The notes below the pieces were generated by a model, which saw only the letters and a list, made by a program, of their open reading frames with translations, ran no database searches and was not told where the DNA came from. From NCBI GenBank assembly GCA_023205875.1, contig CP060769.1, positions 310,001-374,000 on the forward strand: a stretch of DNA of 64,000 nt, read 5' to 3'. The DNA comes from Chloropicon primus. Its lineage: Eukaryota. Below are positions 35,780 through 47,338 of the stretch, piece by piece (the stretch's first letter is position 1; every line of letters begins with the position of its first letter). The position numbers were made by a program, and so were the translations under genes.

Positions 35780-36510
35780 TTATATCGTCCTGCGCTTGGT
35801 GTCATACCTGGGATGCCAAGGCGAACGAGCGTTAGCGTTAGCGTTCTTGATCGAAGAAGAAGAAACAAGAGTCAAAACCAAGCAAGGAGGGAAGGAGGGC
35901 CTACGTACCAGTCCTTGAACATCTTTGAGTTCTTCGCAATCCTCTCCGTGATGACCTTCTTGTCCGTGAGCTTGGTGTACGTGTCCGGCGAGTTGAGGTA
36001 GTAGTTGACTGATATCATGGTCTTCGCTTGGGACGCACTATTCGGTGCGAACGGTGATGGGCCTAACCTCTTGGACTCGTCCAGCTCCTTCCTGTTCAGG
36101 AACTCCGATCTGTCTGCATCATAAGGCGACGAAGATCCCACGAAGATGTTGCCCTTGCGTGTGATGGCGTGCTTGGCCAGTGAAGGATTACAGGGACTGA
36201 AAGGAACCTTTCTCGACCCTGTGGACTCCTCATTCGAAGCACCAACGCCTTTCCCGCTCGCACTCGAATTCGCATTCCATCCTCCATCCTGCGCCTCCTT
36301 CGAACGCTTCACGTGTGTCTCCAAGAAAGGGAATGGCAACCGAGCACGAGGAGAGTTCAATACAAGCTGTGCTACATCTGCATCAGGCAAGTTCCTCAAA
36401 GCTGGAAACCTCCTGGCCGTCAGTGAAGTCTTGAATTGTCTTATGACTTGTGGAGAGACTTCAGCAGTCGTCATCGTTTTGGTTGACCCCGAGGATTCGT
36501 TCCCAACCAT
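35780..36510 (-). CDS. Hypothetical protein; exons 36510-35909 and 35807-35780 (start uncertain)
   Basis: Long ORF; GTACGT donor at 35908, CTAAC branch repeats, CCCAG acceptor at 35808 giving KDW|YDTKRRTI*. Confidence 0.6.
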
Positions 36511-36538
36511 CTTGTTCCTCTTGGTATCCTCCACTCAA

Positions 36539-36580
<42 letters not shown>

Positions 36581-37197
36581 GTCACCTCACTCGAAACCCA
36601 AGGTGGTGGTGGTGGTCAAATGCTTTGACAAAGTTTTGGCAACAAAAAGCTGGGGGAAAGGTTTCGATATTGAACGAGTTGTGAGGTCGTGTTGAGTGTG
36701 TTGTGCCCCCTTCACTTCACCCCCTGCGTCCCTTGTGTTGTTGGACAGGTGGTGTGGTTGCCCCTCTCGTCCAGTCAGAGGGAGGAGGGTTCAACAATTT
36801 TGACACAAAGCTTTGACTGGAAGGAAGGCAAAACCAAGTGTACCCGAGAGCGAGAGCGGAGAGGGGACAGAGCAGAGCGATGGAGGGATGGAGGGAGGGG
36901 AGCAGCCATCGGGGATGAATGGTGGAAGCAGGCAAGGATGAGGAGGGGTCCCATTTGGGATGGGGATGAGAGAAGCGAAAGAAAGTTGTCCAGGGGATCC
37001 GTGCACATTAACATTAATACCAACACCAGAGGAGGGGGGAGAGAGGGATGAAGAATGGATGATGGTGGGCAAGGAGGGGTCCGTTGAGAGCTGTTGATGG
37101 AATCAGGGGTAAGGCAGAGACAGGGTAACAATGGCATGATCGATTGACATTAGAAGAGCCTGTATTATTGGTATTCTTGTTTGATCGCTTCAATGCG

Positions 37198-38694
37198 TTA
37201 CATGTCATAAGAACAAGACGTCGAGGTCAGCGAACAACGGATTCTCACTTTATCGAGGTCAGTGGCCAAATCCCCATCCTGCCGCTGGCCCTCCTCGATC
37301 CACTGAACAATGTGCCGGTGATGCTGCGCTTTCTTTCGGCATTCCTCTGGATCCCAAGGACAGGGCGGGTCATGGCTGCGCAGCCACTGCAGAATCTCAA
37401 GGTAACCTCCTTTAGCTGCCTCCTCACAAGAGTGCATGCTCCAAGGACAAGGCGGATCCTGGCTTCGCAGCCATTTCAGGACATCAAGGTGACCTGTTGC
37501 AGCTGCAAAATAACAAACCCTCGAGTCCCAGGGACAAGGCGGATCCTGGCTGCGGAGCCACTGCAGCACGTCGACGCGGCCTTCTCCAGCTGCATAGCCA
37601 CACACGTAACTGTCCCAAGGGCAAGGCGGATCCTGGCTTCGAGCCCACTGCAGAATGTGGAGGTGACCGTCTCTAGCTGCCATTCTACAAGTCACCGCGC
37701 CCCAAGGCAATGGTGGATTCAGGCTTCGAGCCCACTCGAGGACATGAAGTTGACCATCTCTAGCAGCAATGTAGCAAGTGTCCCCGTCGCAGTCGCCAGG
37801 TAGATCCTGACTCCGAAGCCACTTCAAAACCTCAACGCGACCACCATGAACTGCACGACCGTGAGTATCTATTGGGTCCCAAGGGCAAGGGGGATTCTGG
37901 CTCCGAACCCACTGCAGAACATGAAGGTGACCCCCATAAGCTGCACGAGAACAAGTCATCCCGTCCCAAGGACAGGGTGGACTCTGACTTCTAAGCCACT
38001 TCAGAACGTCGAGGTGACCTTCAGAAGCTGCAAAGGCACAAGTCGTCTTGCTCCAAGGGCAAGGAGGAGTCTGGCTTCGAAGCCACTGCAAGACATGAAG
38101 CTGACCTTCCAGCGCCGAGTATTCGCAACTCCATTCATCGAGCATACAGCCCTTGTTCCTCAACCACTTCAGCACCTCGATGTGTCCTCCGGCAGCAGCT
38201 TGCGCCTGACAACCCCGTTTCCCGATATCCAAGGAGACCCCTTGGCTCCTCAACCACTTTATCACCTCGAGGCTGCCCTGGAAAGCGGCGACGCGCATCA
38301 GGTCAGCGTCGTACAAGTGGTCGCAGCAATCATATCTCTTCGCTGTCGGCGCTCCCTTTGCCACTTTGAACGAGAGATACACCCAATAGTACCAACCAAA
38401 GCTGAAGCAAGGAATCCGCTTGGACAGCGTTTTGTTCCTCAGGTCTGTCCTCAGGGCCTTCTCCTTCTTTGGGTTCGCCGCCCTCACGGCAACAAGGAAT
38501 GTCTTGCAGGTCAACCCAAACGCGATTCGGTCGTAGGGGTCCAGCTGGTTTGCAATACGAAGCCACGCCGTCCCTGGGAGAACTTCCAACGCCTTCTTCC
38601 CCTCCCTCCTCTGCCTCTCGCTCTCCTCCCTCGTCACCACCTTGGTGATTTCAGAGCGCTTCTTCTTCTCTTTCGTTCTTTTCTTCTTCGCCAT
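37198..38694 (-). CDS. Ankyrin-like repeat protein (27-aa AA.GHL.VL.W.RSQ.PPCPW units) with F-box-like N-terminal segment
   Basis: About 10 tandem 81-nt units; LPGTAWLRIANQLDPYDRIAFGLTCKTF is F-box-like. Confidence 0.9.
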   Translation of the reverse strand: MAKKKRTKEKKKRSEITKVVTREESERQRREGKKALEVLPGTAWLRIANQLDPYDRIAFGLTCKTFLVAVRAANPKKEKALRTDLRNKTLSKRIPCFSFGWYYWVYLSFKVAKGAPTAKRYDCCDHLYDADLMRVAAFQGSLEVIKWLRSQGVSLDIGKRGCQAQAAAGGHIEVLKWLRNKGCMLDEWSCEYSALEGQLHVLQWLRSQTPPCPWSKTTCAFAASEGHLDVLKWLRSQSPPCPWDGMTCSRAAYGGHLHVLQWVRSQNPPCPWDPIDTHGRAVHGGRVEVLKWLRSQDLPGDCDGDTCYIAARDGQLHVLEWARSLNPPLPWGAVTCRMAARDGHLHILQWARSQDPPCPWDSYVCGYAAGEGRVDVLQWLRSQDPPCPWDSRVCYFAAATGHLDVLKWLRSQDPPCPWSMHSCEEAAKGGYLEILQWLRSHDPPCPWDPEECRKKAQHHRHIVQWIEEGQRQDGDLATDLDKVRIRCSLTSTSCSYDM

Positions 38695-38973
38695 GCTGTA
38701 GAATCTTTCGCGCGACGGCTCTTTCGAAAGAGCAAGAGAAGACGCTTCCGCCTGTCAAATCCTCCACTTCTCTCTTTTTCTCCTCCGCGCGCTCCCGTTC
38801 TCTTCGTTTCTCTCTCTCGTGCTCGTCCTGGTTCGCCCTCGTGCTCGTCCTGGTTCGCCCTCGTGCTCGCCCGTTATGATGGATGGTTCAGCGGAAGGGA
38901 CGGAGGGTGACGGTGATGGAACAAGCAAGCAAACAAGCAAGGAAGGCAAGGACAAAGGCGATAAAACATCTAT

Positions 38974-41900
38974 TCAAGTCTTCTTGTAGTAGAGGTTGCA
39001 CAATCCCGTGCCCGAGGTTGTGACCAGCTGTCCGCAGGCGATGTTGCTGCTCGGCGAGGTCATTTCATCCAAGGTGTTGAAGAGGACGGACTTTCTTAGG
39101 AACTGTGTGGCGGTCTCAAAGGACATCTGCAAGAAGGGGGATCCAAACTTAGGGAAGGTTCCCGTTCTGCTGCACCCAGTGAACCTTCCTGTATGAGTCA
39201 TGAAGTCACTCACGAGGGACAGGTGGCGAGGGTCTACCTCAATGCCGTAGGCCCCGAAAACTTTGATGACTTCGTTCTCAAGAACTCTCCTGGCGGCCTC
39301 GATCCCAAAGTTGTCCTGCATCATGTGGATGTCATTGGACTCTAATCTGGTGAGATCCACCACATGGCAGTTCCTCTGGAGGCAATCCAAGAGATTCCCC
39401 GTTTTCCCCTGGACCAGCAGGCCAGCCTCATTGTCGTCCATGGCAATCTTGTCAGCGCTGTCGACCCCGGCAGTCTCGTTGACAACGCACTGCATGGAAA
39501 CTTTCTCGCAAAGCTCGAGCATCGGGATCTTCCTCAGGCTCTCGTGCTTGACATCGATGCAGGCCTCGAAGGGAGAATCCTCGTCTTCCTGCTGGTCAGG
39601 CGCACACGATTCCGTATCACCACCGTCGCCTTTCTTTCCCAAATAGTGGAATATCTCGGCATCAGGGGTCACCTGGGCAGCCTTCCTGCTGAACGCTTTC
39701 AGGCTTGTGCTCACCTTGGCGCAAAACGTCGACGTGATGCACCTGAAAATCATCTTCTTGCTGATCATCACGCCCGCTTGCTCCCTGTACGCCTTCAGCG
39801 GGTGGAACTTCAGCTTCAAATGGAAGGTCTGCACCACCAGCTTTCTGCCCGCGTCCCAGACAATGGGCTTCTCGGAGACTTGGATACCCTTCAGGATCTC
39901 CAACAGGCCGATCTTCCGTAGCCTGCTGGCAAGGACCTTGGTCTGGCTCTCCTTCGCACCTTTTGCGAAAGGGACTTTGATGAACGGGGTCTTGATCTCC
40001 TTCGTCGCCGTCATCAAGAGCTCCCTAAGCCTCGGGATACCCAGCGTCACGTTGGCCTCCCCTCTACCCGCGTGATGGAAAGTGTTCAGGGTCCTGGTGT
40101 GTTTAGGAGAAGCAGAGAAAGGTCGAGAGACAGTCAGCATCAGTATTCTTGCTCCAGATCCAGGGCAAAGGCCAGATCCAGGCCAATCACAAAAGCAAAG
40201 CAAAGCGAAGAGAGATCCATCAAGACCAAGATCACCAGAGTGGACTGCAATCGCTCCGTGGTACTTACATTTGGGTCGAGGGCTCTCCTATGGATTGTGC
40301 TGCCACGACTCCCACGGCGTCACCGGCGCAAGACAGGGAGTTCTCCAGCTTGGCGGCGAGAAGGCTCTTGAGAGCAGCCTCTGTTGGGGACGCTTCCTCC
40401 TCCGTGACGCTCCTTCCTCCCTTCTTCTTCTTCTCCTTCTTCCTCTTTTTGGATTTCTTCATCAGGATGCCGGTGTCATCTTTCCCCTCCGCGGCATACT
40501 CGTCCCAGGCCCTGTTGAAACGCCCCAAACCCCCTTGGGGGCTCCTCAATGCCGCGCCCTGGCCCGGGGCATCAAGATCCAAGGTGTGCTTCAGCCTCTG
40601 AGCAAGAGGCATGCAGTTCTGGACAAGGAAGTTGAACTTGTACAAGTAAGACTCCTTCGTGGGGTCGACCCCATCCTCGCCGTACCGGAACTGGACGATG
40701 CTGCCGTGCTGGTGCTTCATCCCCCCGGCGCTCTTTGGTTTGAAGTCTCCCCTACCGTCCCGCACAGTTCCGTCGTACTTCACGGACAGAGACTCGAGGG
40801 ACTTCACGAGGCACCTCTGCAGGTAGCCTGACCTTGCCGTCTTCACCGTCGTGTCCACGAGGCCCTCCCTGCCCGCCATGCAGTGAAAGTAATACTCCTG
40901 AGGCTGCAGGCCAGTGAGGAAGCGGTCTGCAATGAAGCCACAGCTACGGGGTTCCAGCGTGTAGGGCAAAAAGCATGGCAAGGTCTTTCCCGATTCCATC
41001 CTTGGCACCCTCCTGCCCTCCAAGGTCTGCTGCCCGAGGAGCACACTGATCTGCGAGTGGTTCACCATCGATCCCTTGGCCCCGCTGCACGTCATCATGT
41101 TGAAGTTGTTCTTCGGAAACTGCTTGGTGCTGCCCGCGGGCAAGCAAGAGTTCACTGCGACACTGCTAATGGAATTCAGTGCTCCCGTGCAGACGGCATC
41201 GAATCTGGCGCCAAACGCCTCCTTGTTGTGGCCCAAGAGCTCTTGCCTCAGGTTATGCTCGAGCCGGCCTCTCGATGGGTCGTCCATCCCGAGAAGCTCC
41301 ATGGTGGCCCTGTTGACGTCCTCGGAGGACTGCTTCAGGGCGTCCCGCCTGCTGGCCTCGCTCTTGCCGTCGAGCAAGAGGTCATCGATGCTGCAGGTGA
41401 AGCCCCGAAGCTGCAGGAATTTCGTGTAGAGTCTGCTGAAGCAGCTCATGAGGTTCGACATGGTGTCCGCGCCGTAGAGCTCCTGCACGCTGTGAACCAG
41501 GCCGTACTTTCCATACTGAGCCTTGTCCACGACCCCGTGGATCAGCTCCGCATTTCTGACGTAGACCTGGCTCTCAAGGCTGCCCTTGCAAAAGTAAGTC
41601 TTCGCGACCTTCGTCTTGTAATCTCCGGTGAAGGAGAACTTGGTGTCCCCGAGGACGTTCGCGAGCACGCTGGAGATGACCTGCTTTCCCGTCCACAGCC
41701 TCTGGGGCTTGAGCAAGGTGGGCGGCAGAAGCTGGACTGCAGAACGACGACAGGGGGATTCACTCCTCTTCCTCTTCAGCATGCAGCACGCCTCGTACAC
41801 CAGGAGCTCGTAGTGCTTCCTGTCCAAAAAGGTGTCCTGCATCGTGAGGTAGACGCTCGAGATGACGTGGTCCTGGATCAGCCCCTTGATTGGCTTGCCG

Positions 41901-43762
41901 TCCGTGGGCACGTTAAAGTTCTCGCTCGAGTGCATGATGGTGTAGGCCTCGGCCCTGGACATCTGGTCCTGCGGCAGATGCAGGTTAATCTCGTCGCCAT
42001 CGAAATCAGCGTTGTAGCCCGAGCAGTTGGCGTAGTGCAACCGAATGGTCCTCTCCCCCTGGAGGACCCTGCAGTTGTGCGCAAGGATGCTGGGCTTGTG
42101 CAGCGTGGGCTGCCTGTTCACGAGGACCACGTCCCCGGTCTGAGCGTGCCTGTGCACGATCTTCCCCTCGCCCACGCCAATGAGCTGGCTCAGCTTGTCC
42201 CTCTTGGAGTTGGAGCCCTGGGTGAGGTGGATCTTCGACCCGTTCCTCTCGTCCTCGACCATCAGCGCGCCGGGGTACTTGCAGCCGCCGTTCTTCACCC
42301 TCTTGGCCAGGGAGGCCGCGTTGTGGGCGTTCACGTGCTCCGGGAAGCTCAGCCTCTCTGCGAAGTAGGGCGGAATGCCGATCTCACCCAAGGAGATATA
42401 AGGGTCCGGCGAGATGACCGACCTCGCGGCGTAGTTCACCCTCTTTCCCATCATGTTCATCCTGAAGATTCCCTCCTTCTTCTCGATCAGGTTCTGCAGG
42501 CCCATCATGCCGTTCTGATCTCCCATCAGGAGCTTGTTGCAGTTCTCTTGCATGGACACCCACAGCCGCTGCAGCTCCTGCAAAAGGACCGACGAAGAAG
42601 CGTCCTTCTTGTTGAGGTCCAGGATCGAGGCGAGCTTCAGGTTGGCGTTCAGGATGTCCGTGTAAATGATGTTATGCTGGTGGTCGAACATCTCGTCATT
42701 CACCTTGCTCATGGGTCTGAACCTTGGCGGGGTGACTGGCAGGACGCTCAGGAACAAGAAAGAAGCGTCTGGAGTAGCAGCAGCAGCAGCAGTAGTAGTA
42801 GTGGAAGAAGAGCATGGCTTGGATTGCGTCCTCATGAGCTGCCCGAAGATCTCGTGATTCTGGACGGCCGTCCTGTCCAGAATCATCTTGACCTCCTTCG
42901 GGGAGATGAAACGAAGGTGTGAAGAGGAGGAGGATGACGATGATGAAGAGGGCTGCTTCCGCGAGACCTCCTCCGCCTCCGCCTCCGTCTTCTTCTTCTT
43001 CTTGTCCTCCTTCTTCGCCTTCTTCGAGCCGAGCTCCTCGGACGTCTCGGAGGACTCCGAGTCCGAGTCCGACGACGTCGACGTCTCCGAGTCCTCCTCG
43101 GTCTCGCTCGCCTCTCCTCCTCCCTTCTTCAAACTCTGCGCCCCGGTGTCCGTGACCCTGTCGCTCACCACCTGCAGAATCCTCGAATTGTTGTCCAGGA
43201 CATACTTTGGGCTGCTCGCCTTGCACTTCGTGCATGTCTTGACGTCGCACTCGGAGAAGAACTTCTCCAGCAGGGTCTGCGCTGCCGCCTCGTCTCCATA
43301 CGACTGCGGCGTCTTCTGGTACAATTCCATCGAAGAGGAAGAAGAGGAAGATGAAGGACAGCTGTCCTTGGGATGGTTTCTCAATCTCCTCAGAGTCTCT
43401 GCGTACTCCCGCACAACCTTGTCGCTCGCTTTCAGCGAGAAGCACTTGTGGCACGTCAAGCTCAGCAACTGCACGGTAAACTTGAGGAACAACGGGTTGT
43501 ACAGAGGAAGGCACAACTCGATGTGGCCAAAGTGTCCGGGGCACGATGAGTGAGGCAATCTGCATGTCGTGCACACCCCACCGATATCCGCCGGACCCAT
43601 CCTCGTGTCGTACAACCCCGAAGGAATCGGAGCACTCGTCAAGGGATCCAGCGAGGATGGCACGGTGATGCAAACTGAACTGAATTGCCGAACCTCCGAT
43701 GGTGTGTACGTCGACAACGACGTCGAGAACACGGACGTCTTCCCGCTAATCAAGTGAACCAT
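38974..43762 (-). CDS. NRPA1: RNA polymerase I largest subunit; exons 43762-40269 and 40093-38974
   Basis: Zn motif C..C...CPGHFGHI, GIFRMNMMGKRVNYAARSVISPD, NRQPTLH, catalytic NADFDGD, HCMAGREGLVDT, GEPSTQM|TLNTFH across GT..AG intron 40268-40094. Confidence 0.95.
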
Positions 43763-44221
43763 CTTGAAGTTGGATCTTACCAAAGACAAAGACAAAAAAA
43801 TAAAAATAAAAACAATGCAAGATGCTCCTCCTCCTGCTGCTTGCTGATGGCTGCGGCGGCGACGGCGTTGGCGTCGAGCAAGAGCAAGAGCAAGAGGAAG
43901 AGAGAGAGAGACAAAGAGCGAAGTTTTCTGCGCGTTTCCTTGCCTTCTCGTCGTGTGGTGTTGGGTTGGCTGGTGGTCGCGCGGTGCTGACCTCTGGCGT
44001 GCTCTGGTGCTCGCTGCACTGGCGGCCAGAAGGAGAATGAAAGAGGAAAGGCGGATCGGCGGTTATGGAGAGGAGGAGGTGGTGAGGAGGTGGTGAGGGA
44101 GGAGGAGGAGGAGGTGAATGGCAAGGGTCTTGGTTAAAAATTAGCATAGAGAAGATCGACGACTCACTGATGCGGGTGCGAGTCAGCATCCGCCGTTTGT
44201 ATGACCGCCCAGTTAGTGTCC

Positions 44222-44425
44222 TCAAGTCCAGTTCCAAGTCCAAGGCGGGTTCTGGCTTCGAACCCACTGCAGAACGTGAAGGTGACCTTCTTCAGCTGCC
44301 ACAGCAAAACAAGTGTTCGCGTTCCAAGGACAAGGCGGATCCTGGCTTCGAGCCCACTTGAGAACATCAAGGTGACCTCCTTCACAGCTGCCTCAAAACG
44401 AGTCCCCTCGTCCCAATCACAAGGC
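44222..44425 (-). pseudogene. Frameshifted remnant of the PPCPW ankyrin family (about 2.5 repeats)
   Basis: Minus strand reads PCDWDEGTRFEAA [frameshift near 44385] GGHLDVLKWARSQDPPCPWNANTCFAVAAEEGHLHVLQWVRSQNPPWTWNWT*; no start of its own. Confidence 0.85.
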
Positions 44426-44491
44426 GTCAAAGTCAAAGTATCAAAGTAACTCCTCTATATAGGTACGATTAGAAGTCTGGAAGTTGGCATA

Positions 44492-45322
44492 CTAGCGTCG
44501 TAAGCTTGGTGGTATTTCTGACGCGCGGCCGCTCTCCTCGTAGTGCTTCACCGTGTCTCTTTTGGCATCAGCGGATATGTCATCCATGTGTGCGCGATAC
44601 TCGTGTGGTGGTAGCCACCCGGCGAAGGCGCGATGCTCTTCTCTGAGGTACCGCAGACGTTTCTTGTAAAACTTGGTGCTGTGAAGCCACCGCATTTCGA
44701 GCATGGTGATGGCAATGGAATCAGGGTCGCCATGGCCGTCGCGGATCCATCCGTTGCACAGCCGACTATCGGCGCGTGGCTGCAGAGTCGAATCCAGCCG
44801 GTGCATCGCGGCGCAAAGCACCTGGCGACGTTCGGCCTGCTCAACCTCCGATGCTTTGCGTTTCCGTGCCTGGGTGGCACGGATAGCGCCCGAGCGCTGT
44901 ACGCGCTTGCGCCTTGCGCTCTTCAAGCCGTCCGTCATGCCGTACTTTGCGCGAGCAACGTCCATCACGTCCGTCGCGTCGTACAGATGCGCCACACGGA
45001 TCCGATCGAGCTCGACTGCCTCGTAGCTGAGCGACCGCAGGTCTTGTGCGCTGAGCAGCAGTATTTTGTTCGCGTTGCCTTTTGTGAGCTTGTCGCCGCG
45101 ACGGCCCATGTGCTCGGCGGTTTGGATCCAACACGCAAGCGACTCATTGACTGTATCGCGCAACGTAGTCGATACCGCGGCCACCCGCCCCAGATCCTCA
45201 AATGACCGCAGACCCTGCAATGCTACAATGCGGAGAATGGTATCGCCGCTCATGGTGGGCCCCTCCAACGCGTGCTTGGCCTCCGTTCTCCGCCTCTTGC
45301 TCGCTCCCCTCGTCACCGCCAT
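44492..45322 (-). CDS. Chimeric-looking protein: ankyrin-family N-terminus, F-box-like segment, XPA-C-like segment and an 'R.DS.LC..WI' domain
   Basis: 276-aa ORF. LTKGNANKILLLSAQDL...HLYDATDVMDVARAKYG resembles the XPA C-terminal fold. ERRQVL...RADSRLCNGWIRDG...MLEMRWL motif. Confidence 0.7.
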   Translation of the reverse strand: MAVTRGASKRRRTEAKHALEGPTMSGDTILRIVALQGLRSFEDLGRVAAVSTTLRDTVNESLACWIQTAEHMGRRGDKLTKGNANKILLLSAQDLRSLSYEAVELDRIRVAHLYDATDVMDVARAKYGMTDGLKSARRKRVQRSGAIRATQARKRKASEVEQAERRQVLCAAMHRLDSTLQPRADSRLCNGWIRDGHGDPDSIAITMLEMRWLHSTKFYKKRLRYLREEHRAFAGWLPPHEYRAHMDDISADAKRDTVKHYEESGRASEIPPSLRR

Positions 45323-45743
45323 CTTCACGTCCGGGTGTCCTCAGATGATCCCCACCACCGGGTCGTTCTCTTCGAGCGAGAGGGCTCGTTCGAACGAGCG
45401 AGAGACGCTGGTTCCGTTCTCGTATCACTCCTCCGGCACAAACTCCCGCCCTCGTCGCCGCCTCCCTTCCTCGGTGATCTCCGCCTCGAGGGTCCTTTCT
45501 GCCTCTCTTTTTCGTGTTTCGTGCTCCTCAGATCCTCACCACGGGGTCGTTTCTTTCGCGCGAGAGCTCGTTCGAATGAGCAAGAGAAGAAGCTTCCGCT
45601 GGTCGGCCTCTCCTCCGCTATGACGCCCCGTCGTCGTCGTCGTCGTCCTCGTCGTCGTCGTCGTCGTCATCGTCGCCGTCCTCAGCAGTTACGATCTCGT
45701 TGTCCTTGTATAATTAACGTCTCTCTCACCGAACAAAAAAAGA

Positions 45744-45860
45744 AGTTCCCGCCGGGATTCGGACCCGGGTCTTCAGATCTCTCACCGAACGTAAGCTGGA
45801 CTTTTTACATTGATTTCCCTCGTTCAAAGTCTAATGTGCTAACCACTGCACCACGGGAAC
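45744..45860 (-). tRNA. trnQ-UUG: tRNA-Gln(UUG) with 45-nt intron (45823-45779) at the canonical 37/38 position
   Basis: Acceptor stem GTTCCCG/CGGGAAC, D-arm GTGC-AGTGGTTA-GCAC, anticodon arm TTAGA-CTTTGA^A-TCTGA, T-arm CCGGG-TCCGAAT-CCCGG, oligo-T terminator directly downstream. Confidence 0.88.
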
Positions 45861-45972
45861 ACGTAAGATGGAATTCCTACACCATCGCGAATTGTGGAAT
45901 GAAGAGCAGAATCGTGCTCCAAAATCGTCTCTTTTCTTCCTACATATACAGGTGGCGTGTGCATTGTGGACA

Positions 45973-46177
45973 AGGATGCAAGGTCCTTTCCTTCCTCTCC
46001 TCTTCCTCCCATGCCATCACCATCATGATTGCCCAATCGCACCATCATTGCCCTGTGCAGGCAGGAAGGATGCAAGGTCCTTTCCTTCCTCTCCTCTTCC
46101 TCTCCTCTTCCTCCCATGCCATCACCATCATGATTGCCCAATCGCACCATCATTGCCCTGTGCAGGCAGGAAGGATG
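45973..46177. repeat. Tandem duplication, about 95-105 bp unit, 2 copies
   Basis: AGGATGCAAGGTCCTTTCC...CCATGCCATCACCATCATGATTGCCCAATCGCACCATCATTGCCCTGTGCAGGCAGGAAGGATG occurs twice. Confidence 0.9.
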
Positions 46178-46900
46178 AAAGGGATCACTCCTCCTCCTCC
46201 TCCTCCTCCTCCTCCTCCTCCTCCTCCTCTCCCGACTCTCTCTCTCTCTCTCTCTGTGCCCCCTCCTTTACACTCCCTCGTTTATCTGGACCACCTTGTC
46301 CCCCTTTTTCCGTCGGTTTACGATAGTTCCGAGTTGACAACCGAAAACGAAAACTGCTGCTCTCCAGGTCCAGGAGGATCAAGCGGCCCAAGGTGAGGTG
46401 CTCCACAGAGGCTTGGCTTGGGACTAGAGTCTCTCTCACCCTCATCATCATCATCATCATCATCACCACCACCACAACACAAGCTCTAACTCTCTCTCTA
46501 ACTCTCTTTTGTGTGTGTGTGTGTGTGTGTGTGTCCTCCAGGACGACCACACCAATAACAAACCAAGGTTTCTTCTTCTTCTCTTGTGCAAGCAAGCGAG
46601 CAAGCCTTGGTCGGTCCTCCAGTGGCTAGGGAATGCAGTGAGATCTTGGCGATAGACGTGATCCACGCACGATTTGTGTGGCCAACGCTTCCCCTTGCCT
46701 TGCATTGGACACATACAAGGCAGAGGGAGTGAAGGACATCCATCCCTTTATCCACCAAGCAAGCAGGCAAGCAAAGTGAAGAGTGGTGGTGGTGGTGTGA
46801 TCAATCCAATCCGATCCAATCCGATCCGATCCGATCCCAATCCAACGACCATCATCATCACCATCATCACCATCATCATCCAGTGAAGCACCACCACAAC

Positions 46901-47338
46901 ATGGACAATCACCACCGCAACCACAACAACAACGACGACGATGAGGACGTCAACGATAACGATCGGGTGAGCATGAACACGATGCTTCCCATGACCCACG
47001 AGGAGACGGTGGAGAGGAAGGAGCTGGAGGAGATCAAAGAGATCGAGATCGAGGAGTTTCAGAACGAGGAACCGTCAGCAAAGCCGCTGCCGCCCTCCTC
47101 GCCGTCGTCGTCGTCGGAGAAGAAGAGCAGCAGGAGACTGGTGTCCTGCTTGCAGTCGATGTGTGCAGGAGCCTTCTGGATGGGCAGGTGCCTTGGGCAA
47201 ACGTGTTGCAGCGTCTGCGGAGAGAAAGCCGCAGACCACACCCTGGATGCTCTGGGCACCGTTGTTTGTGCCGCTGGCGGAGTCGTGGGCACCGTTGCCA
47301 GTGCCGCTGGCGGAGCCGTGGAAGCGGTACTGAACTAG
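46901..47338 (+). CDS. Hypothetical protein (acidic N-half, Cys- and Gly/Ala-rich C-half)
   Basis: 145-aa ORF with host-like GAG/AAG-rich codons flanked by low-complexity DNA. Confidence 0.45.
   Translation: MDNHHRNHNNNDDDEDVNDNDRVSMNTMLPMTHEETVERKELEEIKEIEIEEFQNEEPSAKPLPPSSPSSSSEKKSSRRLVSCLQSMCAGAFWMGRCLGQTCCSVCGEKAADHTLDALGTVVCAAGGVVGTVASAAGGAVEAVLN

Noticed and set aside
35690..35874. Possible selenoprotein TGA read-through plus SECIS after ORF 35872-36534
   Set aside because: The TGA falls inside a clear intron (GTACGT donor, CTAAC branch, CAG acceptor); the spliced gene ends in TAA at 35780
44222..45860. Autonomous transposon or endogenous virus
   Set aside because: No transposase, RT, integrase, capsid or terminal repeats/TSD are recognisable; kept only as a single-gene chimera hypothesis
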